Counted from the first letter of the stretch, positions 18,133 through 28,990 are shown. The stretch: DNA of 64,000 nucleotides from Myxococcota bacterium (GCA_036149055.1 JAYZQJ010000084.1:14482-78481), one strand, 5' to 3'. Translations and numbers: made by a program. Notes: generated from the letters alone by a model not told the origin.

Positions 18133-21048
18133 TCACCGGAACCGCAACGTCGTCTGCAGGAATAGGGTCCGGCCCGGCTGCGGGACGAACGGGATGCGGA
18201 TGTCCTCGCCCGACGGGTGCGCGTACTGCCAGTCGAACAGGTTGCGGACGCCGACCGCGTAGCTGAGGCCGATGCTGCGGAACTCGCCGCTCAGGATCAC
18301 GTCGGCCAGGAAGGCCGCGTCACCCTGGCCGAGATCGACATCGCCGCTCGGGCGCACGATCGCGCCGAGGCGCGGCCCCTCGAAGCGCAGCCGCATCGCC
18401 AGGATCATGTGCTCGGGGATCAGCGGCGCCGCGCCCCGGAACCCCACCAGGTGCTCCGGCGAGTTCGGCACGCGGTTCTCCTCGCGGTTCGAGAAGAGGT
18501 CTCCGACCCGCGTGCGCTGGTAGCTGTACTGGAGGCTGATCATCCAGCCCTGGCGCCACTCGCGACGCAGCTCCGCCTCGGCGCCCAGCGTCTGCACGAC
18601 CTCGGGGCTGTTCGTGTACCGGAAGACGTCCTCCCCCGGAACCGTCTCCGTCGTGATCGCGTCGTCGATGTAGTTGTAGAAGACGCTCGCGATCGCGCTG
18701 AGCTCCTCCTCGATGCGCTGGGTGAACTCCAGCTCGCCCGTCCAGATGCGCTCGGGCGAGAGCGAGTCGGGGGCCACCTGCGAGACCCCGCCGTCGTTGT
18801 AGCGGAGCTCGTACACGCTCGGCGCCCGGAACGCGCTGCCGCCGATGAGCTTGAAGATGCCCGTCTCCCAGGGCCGCACCACCACCGCCGCGCGCGGGCT
18901 GAACGCGCCGTCCGAGAACGTCGAGACGAAGTCGTAGCGGCCGCCGATCTGCACCGACAGCTCGTCGATGAAGCGCGCGTCGGCCACCGCGTAGCCGCCC
19001 AGCACGAAGAACCGTGGCGTCTCGTCGAGGTATCGGCCGTCCGCGTCGCTCTCGCTCGTCAGGTCCGCCACCAGCGAACCGCGGGCCTCCGCGCCGACCG
19101 TGAAGCTCAGCCACTCGAGCGGCCGCAGCATCAGCCGACCCTCGCCGCCCACCCAGTATCCGAGCCACCGGTCTCGCACCACGCCGGTCTCGAGCATGTC
19201 GGGCGGCGTGCCCTCCGGGTCGTACGCGAAGTCCCCCTCGTACTCGTAGTAGTCCAGGAACGTGCGCGCCGAGATCGCGACCTCGTCCGAGAACCGCGGC
19301 TCCCACCGCAGCTCCACGAACCCGCGGCTGTCGGTGCTCTGGGTGCGCGGATCGGCGACGAGCGTGTCGAACGCGCCGGTCGGGACCTGCTTGCGGCGGC
19401 GGTGCCAGTATCCCTCGAGCGTGAAGTCCCCGGCCCAGGCGCGCGCCATGCCCGTCGCCGCGTAGAAGCCGTCCGCGCCCCGGATGGTTCCGTCCGGCTC
19501 CATCGTCAGGGCCGGCGCGTGGATGTCCTCGCCCTGCGAGTAGAGCCCGCTCGCGCTCGCCCAGAACCCGACGTCGCGCTCGAGCCGGGTCCCGCCGCCG
19601 ACCCGGAGGCGCGCCATGCGGATCCCCTCGGTCGCGATCGACGCGTGCGGAGGCATCAGCGTGTCGCGGTCCCGGCTGACCAGGTTGATCACGCCCAGGA
19701 ACGCGTTGGTGCCGTAGAGCGCCGATCCGGGGCCGCGCACGACCTCGATGCGCTCGATGTCCATCAGGTCGCTGCGGGCGTCGTAGCCGACGTAGCTCGA
19801 CCCCAGCAGGTCGTCGTTCATCACGTGACCGTCGGTCAGGACGAGCAGCCGGTTGCCGTAGTCCTGCGGCTGGCTGAACCCCCGGAACCCGAGCGACGCG
19901 TAGGTGCGGTCGTTCGTCTGGTAGACGCCGCGCAGCCCCCCGAGCGCGTCCCAGACCGTCTGGAACCCGAACGCGCGCAGCTCCTCCTGGGGGATGATGG
20001 TCACGCTGGCCGGCGCGTCGAACACGCTCTCCGTCTGACGTGACGCGGCCGTGACCTCCTGCTGGAGCCGGAGCCGCACGTCCACGCTCGTCTGCTGGTT
20101 GGGGGCGACCTCGACCGTCTCCTCGAAGGCGCGGAAGCCCGAGCGGCTGATCCGCACCGTGTGCGTGCCCGCCGGGACGTCGTCGAGCACCGCCGGGGTG
20201 AAGCCCACCGCGTTGCCGTCGAGCTCGATCAGCGCGCCGCGCTCCTGCACGTCGACGAGCACGGTGCCGGTCTCCAGGTCGAGCTCGATCGAGCGCCGGA
20301 CCGTCTCTCGCGCGGCCACGTCGACCTCGATGCGCGCCGTCTGGTGGCCGTCCGCGCTGACGATCAGGGTGTGAGCCCCCGGCACGATCTCCACCGCGCC
20401 CGGAACCGTGCCCACCGGATCGCTCTCCGGATCGTCGACCCGGACCTCCGCCCCCGCCGGCCCGCCGACGAGCTGCACCGTGGCCAGGATCGGCGTCAGC
20501 GACAGCTCCACCGTCCGCTCCACGCCGCGGGAGGCGGTGACCTCCATCGCCGCCTCCTCGTAGCCCTCGCGCTGCAGGATCACCCGGTATCCGCCGGGCT
20601 CGACCGCGAGGGTCCGCGGGGTCTGGCCGCGGGCCCCGAGATCCTCCCGGTTCAGGTAGATCGTGGCTCCGGGCGGATCCGAGTCGATCCGGATCAGCGC
20701 GACCCGCCGCCGGATCCGGGCCAGCGCCTGCTCCGCCGCCTGCCGGTCGGCCTCCTCGAGCTCCTCGGCCGCGTAGTCCGCGTAGTACCGGTACGCCTGA
20801 TCGTAGCGCCCCAGCTCCTCGAAGCAGGCCGCGATGTTGAAGACGACGTTCTTGTTGTAGGCGAGCCGGTTGCTGAGCAGGTAGTGCTCGAGGGCCCCCG
20901 CGCAGTCGCCGCGCTGCTGCCGCTCGACGCCCCGCTCGAAGTGCAGGTCCGCCTCGGCGGCCAGGTCGAGGCGCGCGTCGCGCTGGGCGTGCGCCGTGGA
21001 GGCCGCGAAGACGAGCGCGGCCGCGAGAAGAGAAGGGAGTCGGTTCAC
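18133..21048 (-). CDS. TonB-dependent receptor with N-terminal TPR and PEGA domains
   Basis: Signal peptide, TPR, three PEGA-like repeats (SDPPGATIY...), plug motif IERIEVVRGPGSALYG, C-terminal GVRNLFD...GRTLFLQTTLRF. Confidence 0.92.
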   Translation of the reverse strand: MNRLPSLLAAALVFAASTAHAQRDARLDLAAEADLHFERGVERQQRGDCAGALEHYLLSNRLAYNKNVVFNIAACFEELGRYDQAYRYYADYAAEELEEADRQAAEQALARIRRRVALIRIDSDPPGATIYLNREDLGARGQTPRTLAVEPGGYRVILQREGYEEAAMEVTASRGVERTVELSLTPILATVQLVGGPAGAEVRVDDPESDPVGTVPGAVEIVPGAHTLIVSADGHQTARIEVDVAARETVRRSIELDLETGTVLVDVQERGALIELDGNAVGFTPAVLDDVPAGTHTVRISRSGFRAFEETVEVAPNQQTSVDVRLRLQQEVTAASRQTESVFDAPASVTIIPQEELRAFGFQTVWDALGGLRGVYQTNDRTYASLGFRGFSQPQDYGNRLLVLTDGHVMNDDLLGSSYVGYDARSDLMDIERIEVVRGPGSALYGTNAFLGVINLVSRDRDTLMPPHASIATEGIRMARLRVGGGTRLERDVGFWASASGLYSQGEDIHAPALTMEPDGTIRGADGFYAATGMARAWAGDFTLEGYWHRRRKQVPTGAFDTLVADPRTQSTDSRGFVELRWEPRFSDEVAISARTFLDYYEYEGDFAYDPEGTPPDMLETGVVRDRWLGYWVGGEGRLMLRPLEWLSFTVGAEARGSLVADLTSESDADGRYLDETPRFFVLGGYAVADARFIDELSVQIGGRYDFVSTFSDGAFSPRAAVVVRPWETGIFKLIGGSAFRAPSVYELRYNDGGVSQVAPDSLSPERIWTGELEFTQRIEEELSAIASVFYNYIDDAITTETVPGEDVFRYTNSPEVVQTLGAEAELRREWRQGWMISLQYSYQRTRVGDLFSNREENRVPNSPEHLVGFRGAAPLIPEHMILAMRLRFEGPRLGAIVRPSGDVDLGQGDAAFLADVILSGEFRSIGLSYAVGVRNLFDWQYAHPSGEDIRIPFVPQPGRTLFLQTTLRFR

Positions 21049-22550
21049 CGGGTGGTCTTGATGCTGGCGCCCGCCCCACCGCCGCGGCTCGACCGTCGAG
21101 GCGGACGAGACGCGGCCCGGGGCAGCACGGCTTCGAGGGTCACGTCCTCCTCGGACGCGCCCTGGGTCAGGGTCACGGGCCGGCGCCCGCGCATGCGCAC
21201 CGTGTACTCGGTCGGCTCGGCGTCTCGCGCCACGTCGAGCGTCAGCGGGGTCTCGCCCAGCTCGACCTCGTCCCGCACCACCGTCGCCCCGCTCGGCGCG
21301 CTCGTGATCGTGAGACGGAAGGTGGCCGGCGCGACCTCCTCGGGCTCGGCGGGCTCCGGTTCCGGGGGCGCCTCTACCGGCTCCGCCGGTTCCGGGGGCA
21401 GCTCCGTCGCCTCCATCGGCGGATCGTCCGTCCCGCCGACCACCGCGAGCACCACCGCGACGCCGGCGACCGCGGCCAGCAGCCCGAAGAGCCCCAGCAC
21501 CCAGATCGGCACGCCCGGCTTCGCGGGGGCCGGGGCCGGGAGCGGCGCGCCCATCGTCAGCGACGGGGTCGGCTCGCTCACCCGGATCCCGGGCGGCGGC
21601 ATCGGGAACTCCCCGCTCCGGGGCAGCTCGTCGGTCGAGAGCTGCGGCCAGAGCGCGTCGATCTCCGCCACCAGCGCCTCGGCCGACGCATAGCGGTGCT
21701 CCGCCTCCTTCTGCATCAGCCGGTGCACGATCGCCTCGACCGCCTGCGGCACCTGCGCGCCCTTGGTCGCCAGGGGCGGGTACGGCTGCTGCAGGTGCAT
21801 CATCAGGGTCTGCACCGCGTGATCCCCGGCATAGGGGCAGTCGCCGCAGAGCATCCGGTAGAGGATCACGCCCAGCGAGTAGAGGTCGCTCCGGCCGTCC
21901 ATCGGCGAGTGCGTGATCTGCTCGGGCGACATGTAGCGCGGCGAGCCCAGGAACCGGCCCTCGGCGGTCAGCTCCTCGCTGTCGTCCCGCATCACCTTCA
22001 CCAGCCCGAAGTCGAGCACCTTCACCTGCTCGCCCTCCGGCCCCGGCACCAGCATCACGTTGCCGGGCTTAAGATCGCGGTGGATGACGTTCTGCTCGTG
22101 GGCGGCGCGGAGCGCGCGGGCGATCTCGCGGGTGATGCGGAGCGCCCGGGCCGGCGGCATCGGCCCCTCCATCTGGAGCGCCTCGCTGATCGTCCGCCCC
22201 TCGAGCAGCTCCATCACCATGTAACAGGCGGCCGCGTCGTGCTCGAGGCCCCCGTAGTCGTGCACGACCACGATGTTCGGGTGGCTGAGCTGGGCCACCG
22301 TCGCCGCCTCGAGCAGGAAGCGCTTCTGGAACTCCGGATCGGCGCCGCCGTCCCCGAGCGTGGAGTGCAGCACCTTCAGCGCCACCTTGCGGCCGAGCGG
22401 CTGCTGCTCGGCGACGTAGATGGTCCCCATGCCACCCCGGCCGAGGATCTTCTCGACCCGATACTTCCCGCCGACGACCTGGCCGAGCAGCTCGCTCGCC
22501 CTCCGCGCCCACCTCGCGCGGTCGTCGGCGGCCTGGGGACCGCCACTCAC
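21045..22550 (-). CDS. Membrane Ser/Thr protein kinase with C-terminal PEGA-like domain
   Basis: LGRGGMG, VALKVL, HRDLKPGN, DFGLVK, YMSPEQ, TM helix; stop overlaps the TonB receptor start (GTGA); TATCCT 6 nt upstream of the GTG. Confidence 0.93.
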   Translation of the reverse strand: MSGGPQAADDRARWARRASELLGQVVGGKYRVEKILGRGGMGTIYVAEQQPLGRKVALKVLHSTLGDGGADPEFQKRFLLEAATVAQLSHPNIVVVHDYGGLEHDAAACYMVMELLEGRTISEALQMEGPMPPARALRITREIARALRAAHEQNVIHRDLKPGNVMLVPGPEGEQVKVLDFGLVKVMRDDSEELTAEGRFLGSPRYMSPEQITHSPMDGRSDLYSLGVILYRMLCGDCPYAGDHAVQTLMMHLQQPYPPLATKGAQVPQAVEAIVHRLMQKEAEHRYASAEALVAEIDALWPQLSTDELPRSGEFPMPPPGIRVSEPTPSLTMGAPLPAPAPAKPGVPIWVLGLFGLLAAVAGVAVVLAVVGGTDDPPMEATELPPEPAEPVEAPPEPEPAEPEEVAPATFRLTITSAPSGATVVRDEVELGETPLTLDVARDAEPTEYTVRMRGRRPVTLTQGASEEDVTLEAVLPRAASRPPRRSSRGGGAGASIKTTR

Positions 22551-22609
22551 GGCCGAAGGATATCCCAAGTGGGCCGGGGTTGGATCGAACCCTGCACATC
22601 TCCCCGCTC

Positions 22610-24097
22610 ATGCTGCGTCGTCTGCTGCCCCCCCTGTCCCTCCTCGCGCTCGTGGCGTGCGCCGAACCCGTCGACATCACTGAGGATCCGTACATCGCCC
22701 CGGATCCGGCGGGCGATCCGGGCGCCCCCGAGGCGTGCGATGGCACTTCGCCACGCTGCGGCGCGGGGACGCTCCAGGCGGTCGGACAGGCGCGCTACGC
22801 GCAGCGGCTGCGTGTGCCCTCGCCGTTGTTGCGCGGGGACCACGACCTCGTGTCTCCGGCGATGCACGGTGACCTCCTGGTCTACCTCTCGAACGAGGAC
22901 GGGCAGCGGGACGTGTGGGCGATGCACGTGGGGACCGGCGATCGGTTCCGGGTCACCGACACCCCCGAGGACGAGGACAGCCCCCGGGTGCGGGACACGC
23001 GCGTGGTCTACGTGCGGGGCGAGCGCGCCTTCCTCTTCGACCTCGAGACCGGGGTCGAGCGGCAGCTCTCCGAGCGTCGCGCCGACGCGCCGGCCCTCGG
23101 GCCCAACGGGGAGATCGTCTGGTCGGAGCACGACGGCGCCCAGTGGGATCTGGTCATCGAGTGGCCCACCGGCAGCGGCGCCGAGCCGCTCCACCGCCCG
23201 GGCGGCCTCGTCGGCGACGAGCGCGCGCCCCACCTCGAGCACGGCAGCGTCTCCCACGCCGTCTACTTCTCCGAGCGCGACGGCGAGCGCCGCCCGCACT
23301 TCTCGGAGTGGCCGGAGAACTTCGCCTACGACATGGCCCACGACGAGCCGATGCCGGGCGCGATCGGCCCGTTCTTCAACCTGGTCGGACGCTGCTGGAC
23401 CGACGGCCGCCGGGTCACCGTCGCCGAGCCGGACGAGACCGCCGACTGGGACGTCTACTGCGCCCGCCTCGGCGGCCCCACCGTCGCCCTCGCCGACGTC
23501 ATGCCCTGGGCCGCCGGCCCCGGCGCGCAGATCGTCGAGAGCACCGGCACCTGGATCGGCTACCGCGACCACCGCAACGGCAACTGGGACGTCGGCGTCG
23601 GCCTGCCGGGCGGGGAGGGCGAGCTGCTGACCACGCACCCGGCCAACCAGCGCGGGCTCGTCAGCGGCAACGACCTGCTCGTCTGGATGGACGACCGCGA
23701 GGGCAGCTGGGACCTCTGGGCCGTGCGCCGCCCGCTCCCCGGATCCGGGGGCCCGCTCGAGCAGCCCGAGGTCCAGGCCGTCGAGGCCGGGCCCGGCTAC
23801 GTCGAGCTCACCCTCCCCGCCTGGCAGCGCGGCCGCGGCGATCTCGGCGGGGCCCGCCTCCTCGTCGACGGCGAGGTGCGCCACGTCTTCGCCGACGACG
23901 CACGGGTGCGCAGCGAGCGCCTCGTGATCGCCGAGCCCGCGCTCCGCTCGCACTTCGCGGGCGCCGACGTCGCGCGCCCCAGCACCGGGTCGCTCGGCAT
24001 GCAGACCGATCAGGTCGTCGTCTCGCTCGAGACCCGGGAGGGCGTCGAGCTGACCCGCGCCGCGCTCCGCGCCGACGGAACCACGCCCGGCTGGTAG
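22610..24097 (+). CDS. Lipoprotein with TolB-like beta-propeller repeats
   Basis: LALVAC lipobox; repeated xDxRxGxWDV/L blades; sigma54-like TGGATCG-AACC-CTGCA upstream. Confidence 0.7.
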   Translation: MLRRLLPPLSLLALVACAEPVDITEDPYIAPDPAGDPGAPEACDGTSPRCGAGTLQAVGQARYAQRLRVPSPLLRGDHDLVSPAMHGDLLVYLSNEDGQRDVWAMHVGTGDRFRVTDTPEDEDSPRVRDTRVVYVRGERAFLFDLETGVERQLSERRADAPALGPNGEIVWSEHDGAQWDLVIEWPTGSGAEPLHRPGGLVGDERAPHLEHGSVSHAVYFSERDGERRPHFSEWPENFAYDMAHDEPMPGAIGPFFNLVGRCWTDGRRVTVAEPDETADWDVYCARLGGPTVALADVMPWAAGPGAQIVESTGTWIGYRDHRNGNWDVGVGLPGGEGELLTTHPANQRGLVSGNDLLVWMDDREGSWDLWAVRRPLPGSGGPLEQPEVQAVEAGPGYVELTLPAWQRGRGDLGGARLLVDGEVRHVFADDARVRSERLVIAEPALRSHFAGADVARPSTGSLGMQTDQVVVSLETREGVELTRAALRADGTTPGW

Positions 24098-24104
24098 CCG
24101 CCGA

Positions 24105-25409
24105 TCAGGCCGCCGGGATCTCGTGCACCTCGAGCACGTCGCCGGTCTTCTCGTGACGGGTGATCGTCAGCCCGCCGTCCCCGGCCACGTCCACCGTCAG
24201 CACCCCGTGCGTGCGTGAGACCGCCTGGCGGAGCGCGACCTCCTCGGGGCGCTCCCGCATGATGTCCTCGAGGTCCTCGTCCGGGTCGTAGGTCACCGCG
24301 CCGCCTCCGCCGTCGACCACGTAGGTGATCCCGTCCACCGCGAAGCGCTCGTAGCAGTGGGCGTGACCGGCGAGCACCAGCGGCACCCCGTGCTCCAGGA
24401 AGCGCCCGTGCAGGTACTCGCGCACCGAGAGATCCCCCGGCGCGTGCTTCGAGAACGTGTAGGTCGGCCGGTGGAAGCACACGATGGGATAGAAGATGTC
24501 GGGATCGGCCGCGGCCGCCGACAGCTCCGCCTCGATCCAGGCGATCTGGGTGTCGCTCATCTCGAGCAGCGCGCCGCTCTCGGTGTCCACGTGCACGAAG
24601 CGCACGCCGCCGTACGTGTACGCGAACCAGCGCGCGTCGCCCCCCGGATCGCCCTGGCCGGCGAAGAGGCGCTCGTACTGCACGGTGATCTCGTCGTGGT
24701 TCTCGAACTCGTGGTTGCCGACGCAGAGCTGCATCGGCGCGCGCGAGAAGAGCGGCGCCATCGCCGCCGACATGTGGTTCCAGGTGTCGAACGGGTTCGC
24801 CTGATAGGTGATGTCGCCCCCGTGCAGCACCAGATCGGGGGCCTGCGCGGCCAGCACCCCGATGCCGTCGTTCGCGGTCGGGAAGCTCGTGTCGGAGAGC
24901 CAGCCCATCCGGAAGCCCGCGTCCGGCGCCCGCGCCGCCACGAACGAGCCGGTCCGCGCCTCGCCCTCGAGCGGCGTCACCTCCCAGCGCACCTCCTCGC
25001 CCGGGGCCAGCCCCTCGACGATCACCTCCTGCACCACGTGCAGCCCCGGCTCGTCCGGGTAGTACCGCTCCATGCCGAGCGCGTCGCGCTCGTAGGTCAG
25101 CTCCATCGGCGAGAGCGTCGGCTCCGGCGTCTCGTCGCCCCCGTCCCGGGTCAGCCGGACCGTGAACGGCTCCTCGATCCGCGACTCGAAGCGCAGCCGG
25201 GCGCGCCCCGGGCCGACGAGCTGCACGTAGGGACCCTTGCTCAGCCCCCGGAACGGGGCCGGCGGCCCGCTGTCCGGCCGGAAGGCGTCCACCTCCACGC
25301 CCGAGTCGTCCGGCGGCGGCGCCTCGCCGTCGCAGCCGAGCAGCCCGGCGGGGAGGAACAGGCCGGCGCCGGCCCCGAGGCTCCGGCGGAGGAAGTGACG
25401 GCGCTTCAT
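24105..25409 (-). CDS. Tat-exported lipoprotein metallophosphoesterase (purple acid phosphatase-like)
   Basis: KRRHFL Tat motif, LLGC lipobox; GDITY, GNHE, FHRP, GHAHCYER. Confidence 0.9.
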   Translation of the reverse strand: MKRRHFLRRSLGAGAGLFLPAGLLGCDGEAPPPDDSGVEVDAFRPDSGPPAPFRGLSKGPYVQLVGPGRARLRFESRIEEPFTVRLTRDGGDETPEPTLSPMELTYERDALGMERYYPDEPGLHVVQEVIVEGLAPGEEVRWEVTPLEGEARTGSFVAARAPDAGFRMGWLSDTSFPTANDGIGVLAAQAPDLVLHGGDITYQANPFDTWNHMSAAMAPLFSRAPMQLCVGNHEFENHDEITVQYERLFAGQGDPGGDARWFAYTYGGVRFVHVDTESGALLEMSDTQIAWIEAELSAAAADPDIFYPIVCFHRPTYTFSKHAPGDLSVREYLHGRFLEHGVPLVLAGHAHCYERFAVDGITYVVDGGGGAVTYDPDEDLEDIMRERPEEVALRQAVSRTHGVLTVDVAGDGGLTITRHEKTGDVLEVHEIPAA

Positions 25410-25468
25410 GACGCGAGCATACCCCTTCTCTCCTTTCGGACGCGTCACCCCGGCCCTAGGCCCTGTGC

Positions 25469-27049
25469 ATGACCAAGCGGACGGGTGCGGAGCTGATCGC
25501 GCGAGGGCTGGCCGAGGCCGGCGTGACCCGGGTCTACGGCGTGCCGGGCGAGCAGACCCTGGCCCTGACCGACGCGCTCTCCGGCGCCGGCATCGAGATC
25601 GTGCTCACCCGCCACGAGCAGGTCGCCGCCTTCCTCGCCGCGACCGAGGGCCGCGTCACCGGCCGGCCGGGCGTCTGCTTCTCCACCCTCGGCCCCGGCG
25701 CCACCAACCTCATCACCGGCGTCGCCCACGCCCACCTCGGGCGCTGGCCGATGATCGCGATCAGCGCGCAGCGCCCCCTGCAGGGCGACCCCGAGGGCGA
25801 CTTCCAGTACCTCCCGCTCACCGCGCTCTTCGCCCCGCTCACCAAGCGCTCGCGCCTCATCCGCCGCGCCTCGTCGGCCCCGGCCGAGCTCGCCGCCGCC
25901 TGGACCCTCTCGCTCGAGGGCCGCCCGGGCCCCGTGCACCTCGTGCTGCCCCAGGACGTCGCGCGCGAGGAGACCGAGGCCGCCGTCGTCCGCCCGCGCG
26001 CCGCGGCGCGCCCCGCGCCGGCTCCCTCGGCGCTCGAGGAGGCCGCCCGCGTGATCGGCGACCGGCCGGCGGTGATCCTCGCCTCGAGCGGCGCCCAGCC
26101 GGTCAGCGAGGCCCTCGCCCGCTTCGTCGAGCACACCGGCATCCCCTGCGTGACCACCCAGCTCGGCAAGGGCGCCCTGCCCGAGTCGCACCCGCGAGCC
26201 CTCGGGTGCCTCGGCGCGCACGCCCCGGGCCGCCACCGCGCGCTCTTCGAGTGGGCCGAGGTCACGATCGCGGTCGGCTACGACCCGGTCGAGTTCCCGC
26301 CCGAGGCCTGGAACCCCTGCGCCGGCAAGGAGGTCGTGCACCTCGACGTCACCGCGCCCGACGCGCGCGAGGGCTACGTCCCGGTGACCGAGGTGGTCGG
26401 CGCCCTCGATCTCACCCTCGACGCGCTGCGCGAGCGGATCGCGCCGCGCTCTCAGACCCAGCGCACCCAGACCCCGCCCGACGTCCCGGCCCGCGCCACC
26501 GACGACGCGCTCGACGAGCTCGTAGCCGCGGTGCGCGCCGCCATGGGCGACGAGGACGTCGTCGCGCTCGACAACGGCCTGTACAAGCTGTGGTTCGCGT
26601 CGGGCTACGAGACCCGCGCGCCGCACACCCTGCTCCTCGACGACGCGCTCGCGAGCATGGGCGCGGGGCTGGCGGGCGCGATGGCCGCCAAGCTCGTGCA
26701 CCCGGAGCGGCGCGCCCTCGCGGTCTGCGGCGACGGCGGCTTCCTGATGAACGTGCAGGACCTCGAGACCGCGGTGCGGCTCGGCCTCGACCTGCACGTG
26801 CTCGTCCTCGTCGACGACGGCTACGGCATGATCGAGTGGAAGCAGGCGATGGACGGCTACGCGAAGGGCGCGGTCCGCTTCGGCAACCCCGACTTCGTGA
26901 AGCTCGCCCAGGCCTTCGGCGCCTCCGGCGTCCGGGTCGAGGGCCCGCAGGAGCTCGAGGACGCCCTGAAGGCGCCGCCCGAAGGCGTCGTGCTCATCGA
27001 GTGTCCGATCGACTACGCCATCGCCGAGGGCGCGGTCCCCCAGCCCTGA
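25469..27049 (+). CDS. Thiamine-PP-dependent enzyme, acetolactate synthase large subunit-like
   Basis: YGVPGE, TRHEQVAAF, STLGPGATN, GDGGFLMN TPP motif. Confidence 0.9.
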   Translation: MTKRTGAELIARGLAEAGVTRVYGVPGEQTLALTDALSGAGIEIVLTRHEQVAAFLAATEGRVTGRPGVCFSTLGPGATNLITGVAHAHLGRWPMIAISAQRPLQGDPEGDFQYLPLTALFAPLTKRSRLIRRASSAPAELAAAWTLSLEGRPGPVHLVLPQDVAREETEAAVVRPRAAARPAPAPSALEEAARVIGDRPAVILASSGAQPVSEALARFVEHTGIPCVTTQLGKGALPESHPRALGCLGAHAPGRHRALFEWAEVTIAVGYDPVEFPPEAWNPCAGKEVVHLDVTAPDAREGYVPVTEVVGALDLTLDALRERIAPRSQTQRTQTPPDVPARATDDALDELVAAVRAAMGDEDVVALDNGLYKLWFASGYETRAPHTLLLDDALASMGAGLAGAMAAKLVHPERRALAVCGDGGFLMNVQDLETAVRLGLDLHVLVLVDDGYGMIEWKQAMDGYAKGAVRFGNPDFVKLAQAFGASGVRVEGPQELEDALKAPPEGVVLIECPIDYAIAEGAVPQP

Positions 27050-27066
27050 TCAATCAGCAGCCCCGA

Positions 27067-27651
27067 TCACTCGTCGTCGAAGTGCACCATGTGCGGGTGC
27101 TCCTCGCCGAGGCCGACCACGTCGATGGTCTCCTTCACCGTCTGGTAGAGGCTCAGCACCACCGTGATCATCACCCCGGTGATCAGCGACGCGCAGGTCA
27201 CCACCGCGTAGAGCACCCAGGTCAGCGCGCCCCGAGGGAAGTTGTCCGCTCCCTCGTAGGGCATGCCGATGAACACGAAGAAGAGGATGGTGACGACGAA
27301 CACCACCGCGTCGAGCCGCGCGATGTTGCGCAGGCGTCGGTAATGGAACGTGCTCAGCTGCACCTCGCTCTGGGCGCTCAGCGACAGCACCGTGAGCATG
27401 AGGGCCAGGATCGTGGCGCTCGCCCCGACCACCGCGCTGCAGAAGTACCGCAGCGTGGCGATGATCGGCTCGAGCAGATCCTGGGCCTCCCAGGCCTGCA
27501 CCGAGCCGAAGATCCAGTAGGAGGCGGCGATCACCCCGCCGCCCACCAGCCCGCCCGCGCCGGCGCGCCAGAGATCGATCGTCCAGCGCCGCTCCTCCCC
27601 CGGCTCGGGCGCGCGTGGCTCGCGGGGCTCCTTGCCTTCCTCTTCGCTCAC
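27067..27651 (-). CDS. Hypothetical integral membrane protein (about 4 TM)
   Basis: Hydrophobic helices, ASATILALMLTVLSL; GTG start inferred. Confidence 0.7.
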   Translation of the reverse strand: MSEEEGKEPREPRAPEPGEERRWTIDLWRAGAGGLVGGGVIAASYWIFGSVQAWEAQDLLEPIIATLRYFCSAVVGASATILALMLTVLSLSAQSEVQLSTFHYRRLRNIARLDAVVFVVTILFFVFIGMPYEGADNFPRGALTWVLYAVVTCASLITGVMITVVLSLYQTVKETIDVVGLGEEHPHMVHFDDE

Positions 27652-27682
27652 ACCAGAGCGCCTAGACCCGCGCCCCGCGCGC

Positions 27683-27937
27683 TCAATGATTCCGGAGCGC
27701 CTCGATGAGCTCGTCCTTGTCCATGTCGGAGCGGCCGTCGATGCCGATCTCCTGAGCGCGCTCGTAGAGCTCGTCCTTCGTCCACTCCTCGTAGGCGGAC
27801 GCCTTCCCGCCGCGCTTCTCGGCCTTCTTGCCCTTGGTGTTGGCGATGCGCGCCGCCTTCTCCTTGGACATGCCGTGGTCGCGCAGCTCCTCGTACTTCT
27901 CGTCGTCCTTGATGCTCGGTCCGTGATTCTTGGCCAT
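27683..27937 (-). CDS. Small stress-type protein with Rho-termination-factor N-terminal-like domain
   Basis: GPSIKD...YEELR..GMSKEKAARIAN; YEEWTKDELYERA...GRSDMDKDELIEAL. Confidence 0.85.
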   Translation of the reverse strand: MAKNHGPSIKDDEKYEELRDHGMSKEKAARIANTKGKKAEKRGGKASAYEEWTKDELYERAQEIGIDGRSDMDKDELIEALRNH

Positions 27938-28066
27938 GTGCACGCCTCATTCGAAGCGCGTGCCATCGCCGCGCGCGGCTCCCGTCTGCGAGCGCGCGTG
28001 ACAATCGCCCCCGATCGAGGGCGGCTGACACGTGACGCCGGAGGCGCCGGGCTTACCTCTCCCCAC

Positions 28067-28645
28067 ATGAACGAACACCGCCTCCGCGCGCGCGTCCGCG
28101 AGCATGTCCCCACCGACGGAGACGCGGCCGTCGACGCCATGATCCTGGTCACCTGCGAGGCGCTCGGCGCGTGCATCGGGCACGCTCACCGCGAGGCGCT
28201 CGCGAGCGAGCTGCCCGAAGAGGCCCGCGCCGCCTTCCTCGACGCGCACTACGATCCCGACTTCGGGCGCGACGACCTCGTCGCCCAGGTCGCCGACTCC
28301 GAGCACCTCGCCGACGGTCACGCCGCCGAGCACGCCAGCGCCGTGCTCGCCGCGATCGCGGCCGGGCTCGACGAAGACCAGCGCTCCCTGCTCGAGCGCG
28401 AGCTGCCGCCGGATCTGCGCGGCTGGGTGCAGCGCCGCCCCTCGAGCCGCCCGCCGCCCCGTCCGGTGCGCGGCAGCGGCGACAACCACCTCGACACCAA
28501 GCTCTCGTCGGCCCGCGGCCTCACCCAGGAGCGGCACGGCGAGACCCTGGCCGAGGGCGCGCCCGGCGCCGAAGACGCGGTGAGCGGCGCCCGCAGCCCG
28601 GCCCACGAGACGCTCGCCGACGGCCGGCCGCCCGGTCAGCGCTGA
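28067..28645 (+). CDS. DUF2267-like protein
   Basis: LASELPEE...AVLAAIA...LERELPPDL helical pattern. Confidence 0.6.
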   Translation: MNEHRLRARVREHVPTDGDAAVDAMILVTCEALGACIGHAHREALASELPEEARAAFLDAHYDPDFGRDDLVAQVADSEHLADGHAAEHASAVLAAIAAGLDEDQRSLLERELPPDLRGWVQRRPSSRPPPRPVRGSGDNHLDTKLSSARGLTQERHGETLAEGAPGAEDAVSGARSPAHETLADGRPPGQR

Positions 28646-28977
28646 GCGGCCTTGATGATCAGATAGCGGAGCGGCGCGTCGCCGCGGTTTTCGATCGACA
28701 GCACCGCCCCGAGCGGGAGGTGCACCACGTCGCCCGGGCCGAGGCCGCGCGCCTCGCCGTCCACCGTGGCCTCGCCGTCCCCCTCGAGCCCGATCACGAT
28801 CTCCGCGTACTCCTCTTGCACGTGTCGACCGACGCTCCCGCGCGGGTCGAGCTCGCAGCTCAGGACGGCGGTGAACGGCGGCGCCGCGCTCCCGCCGAGC
28901 AGATCCCACACCGTCACCGCGCCCTCGCCGCCGAACAGCGCCCGCTGGGGGAAGCCGCGACCCTTCTTCACCTGCAT
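28636..28977 (-). CDS. Cupin-domain protein
   Basis: GRHVQEEYAEIVIGLEGDG and GPGDVVHLP...IENRG cupin motifs. Confidence 0.85.
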   Translation of the reverse strand: MQVKKGRGFPQRALFGGEGAVTVWDLLGGSAAPPFTAVLSCELDPRGSVGRHVQEEYAEIVIGLEGDGEATVDGEARGLGPGDVVHLPLGAVLSIENRGDAPLRYLIIKAAQR

Positions 28978-28990
28978 GCGCGCGAATCTA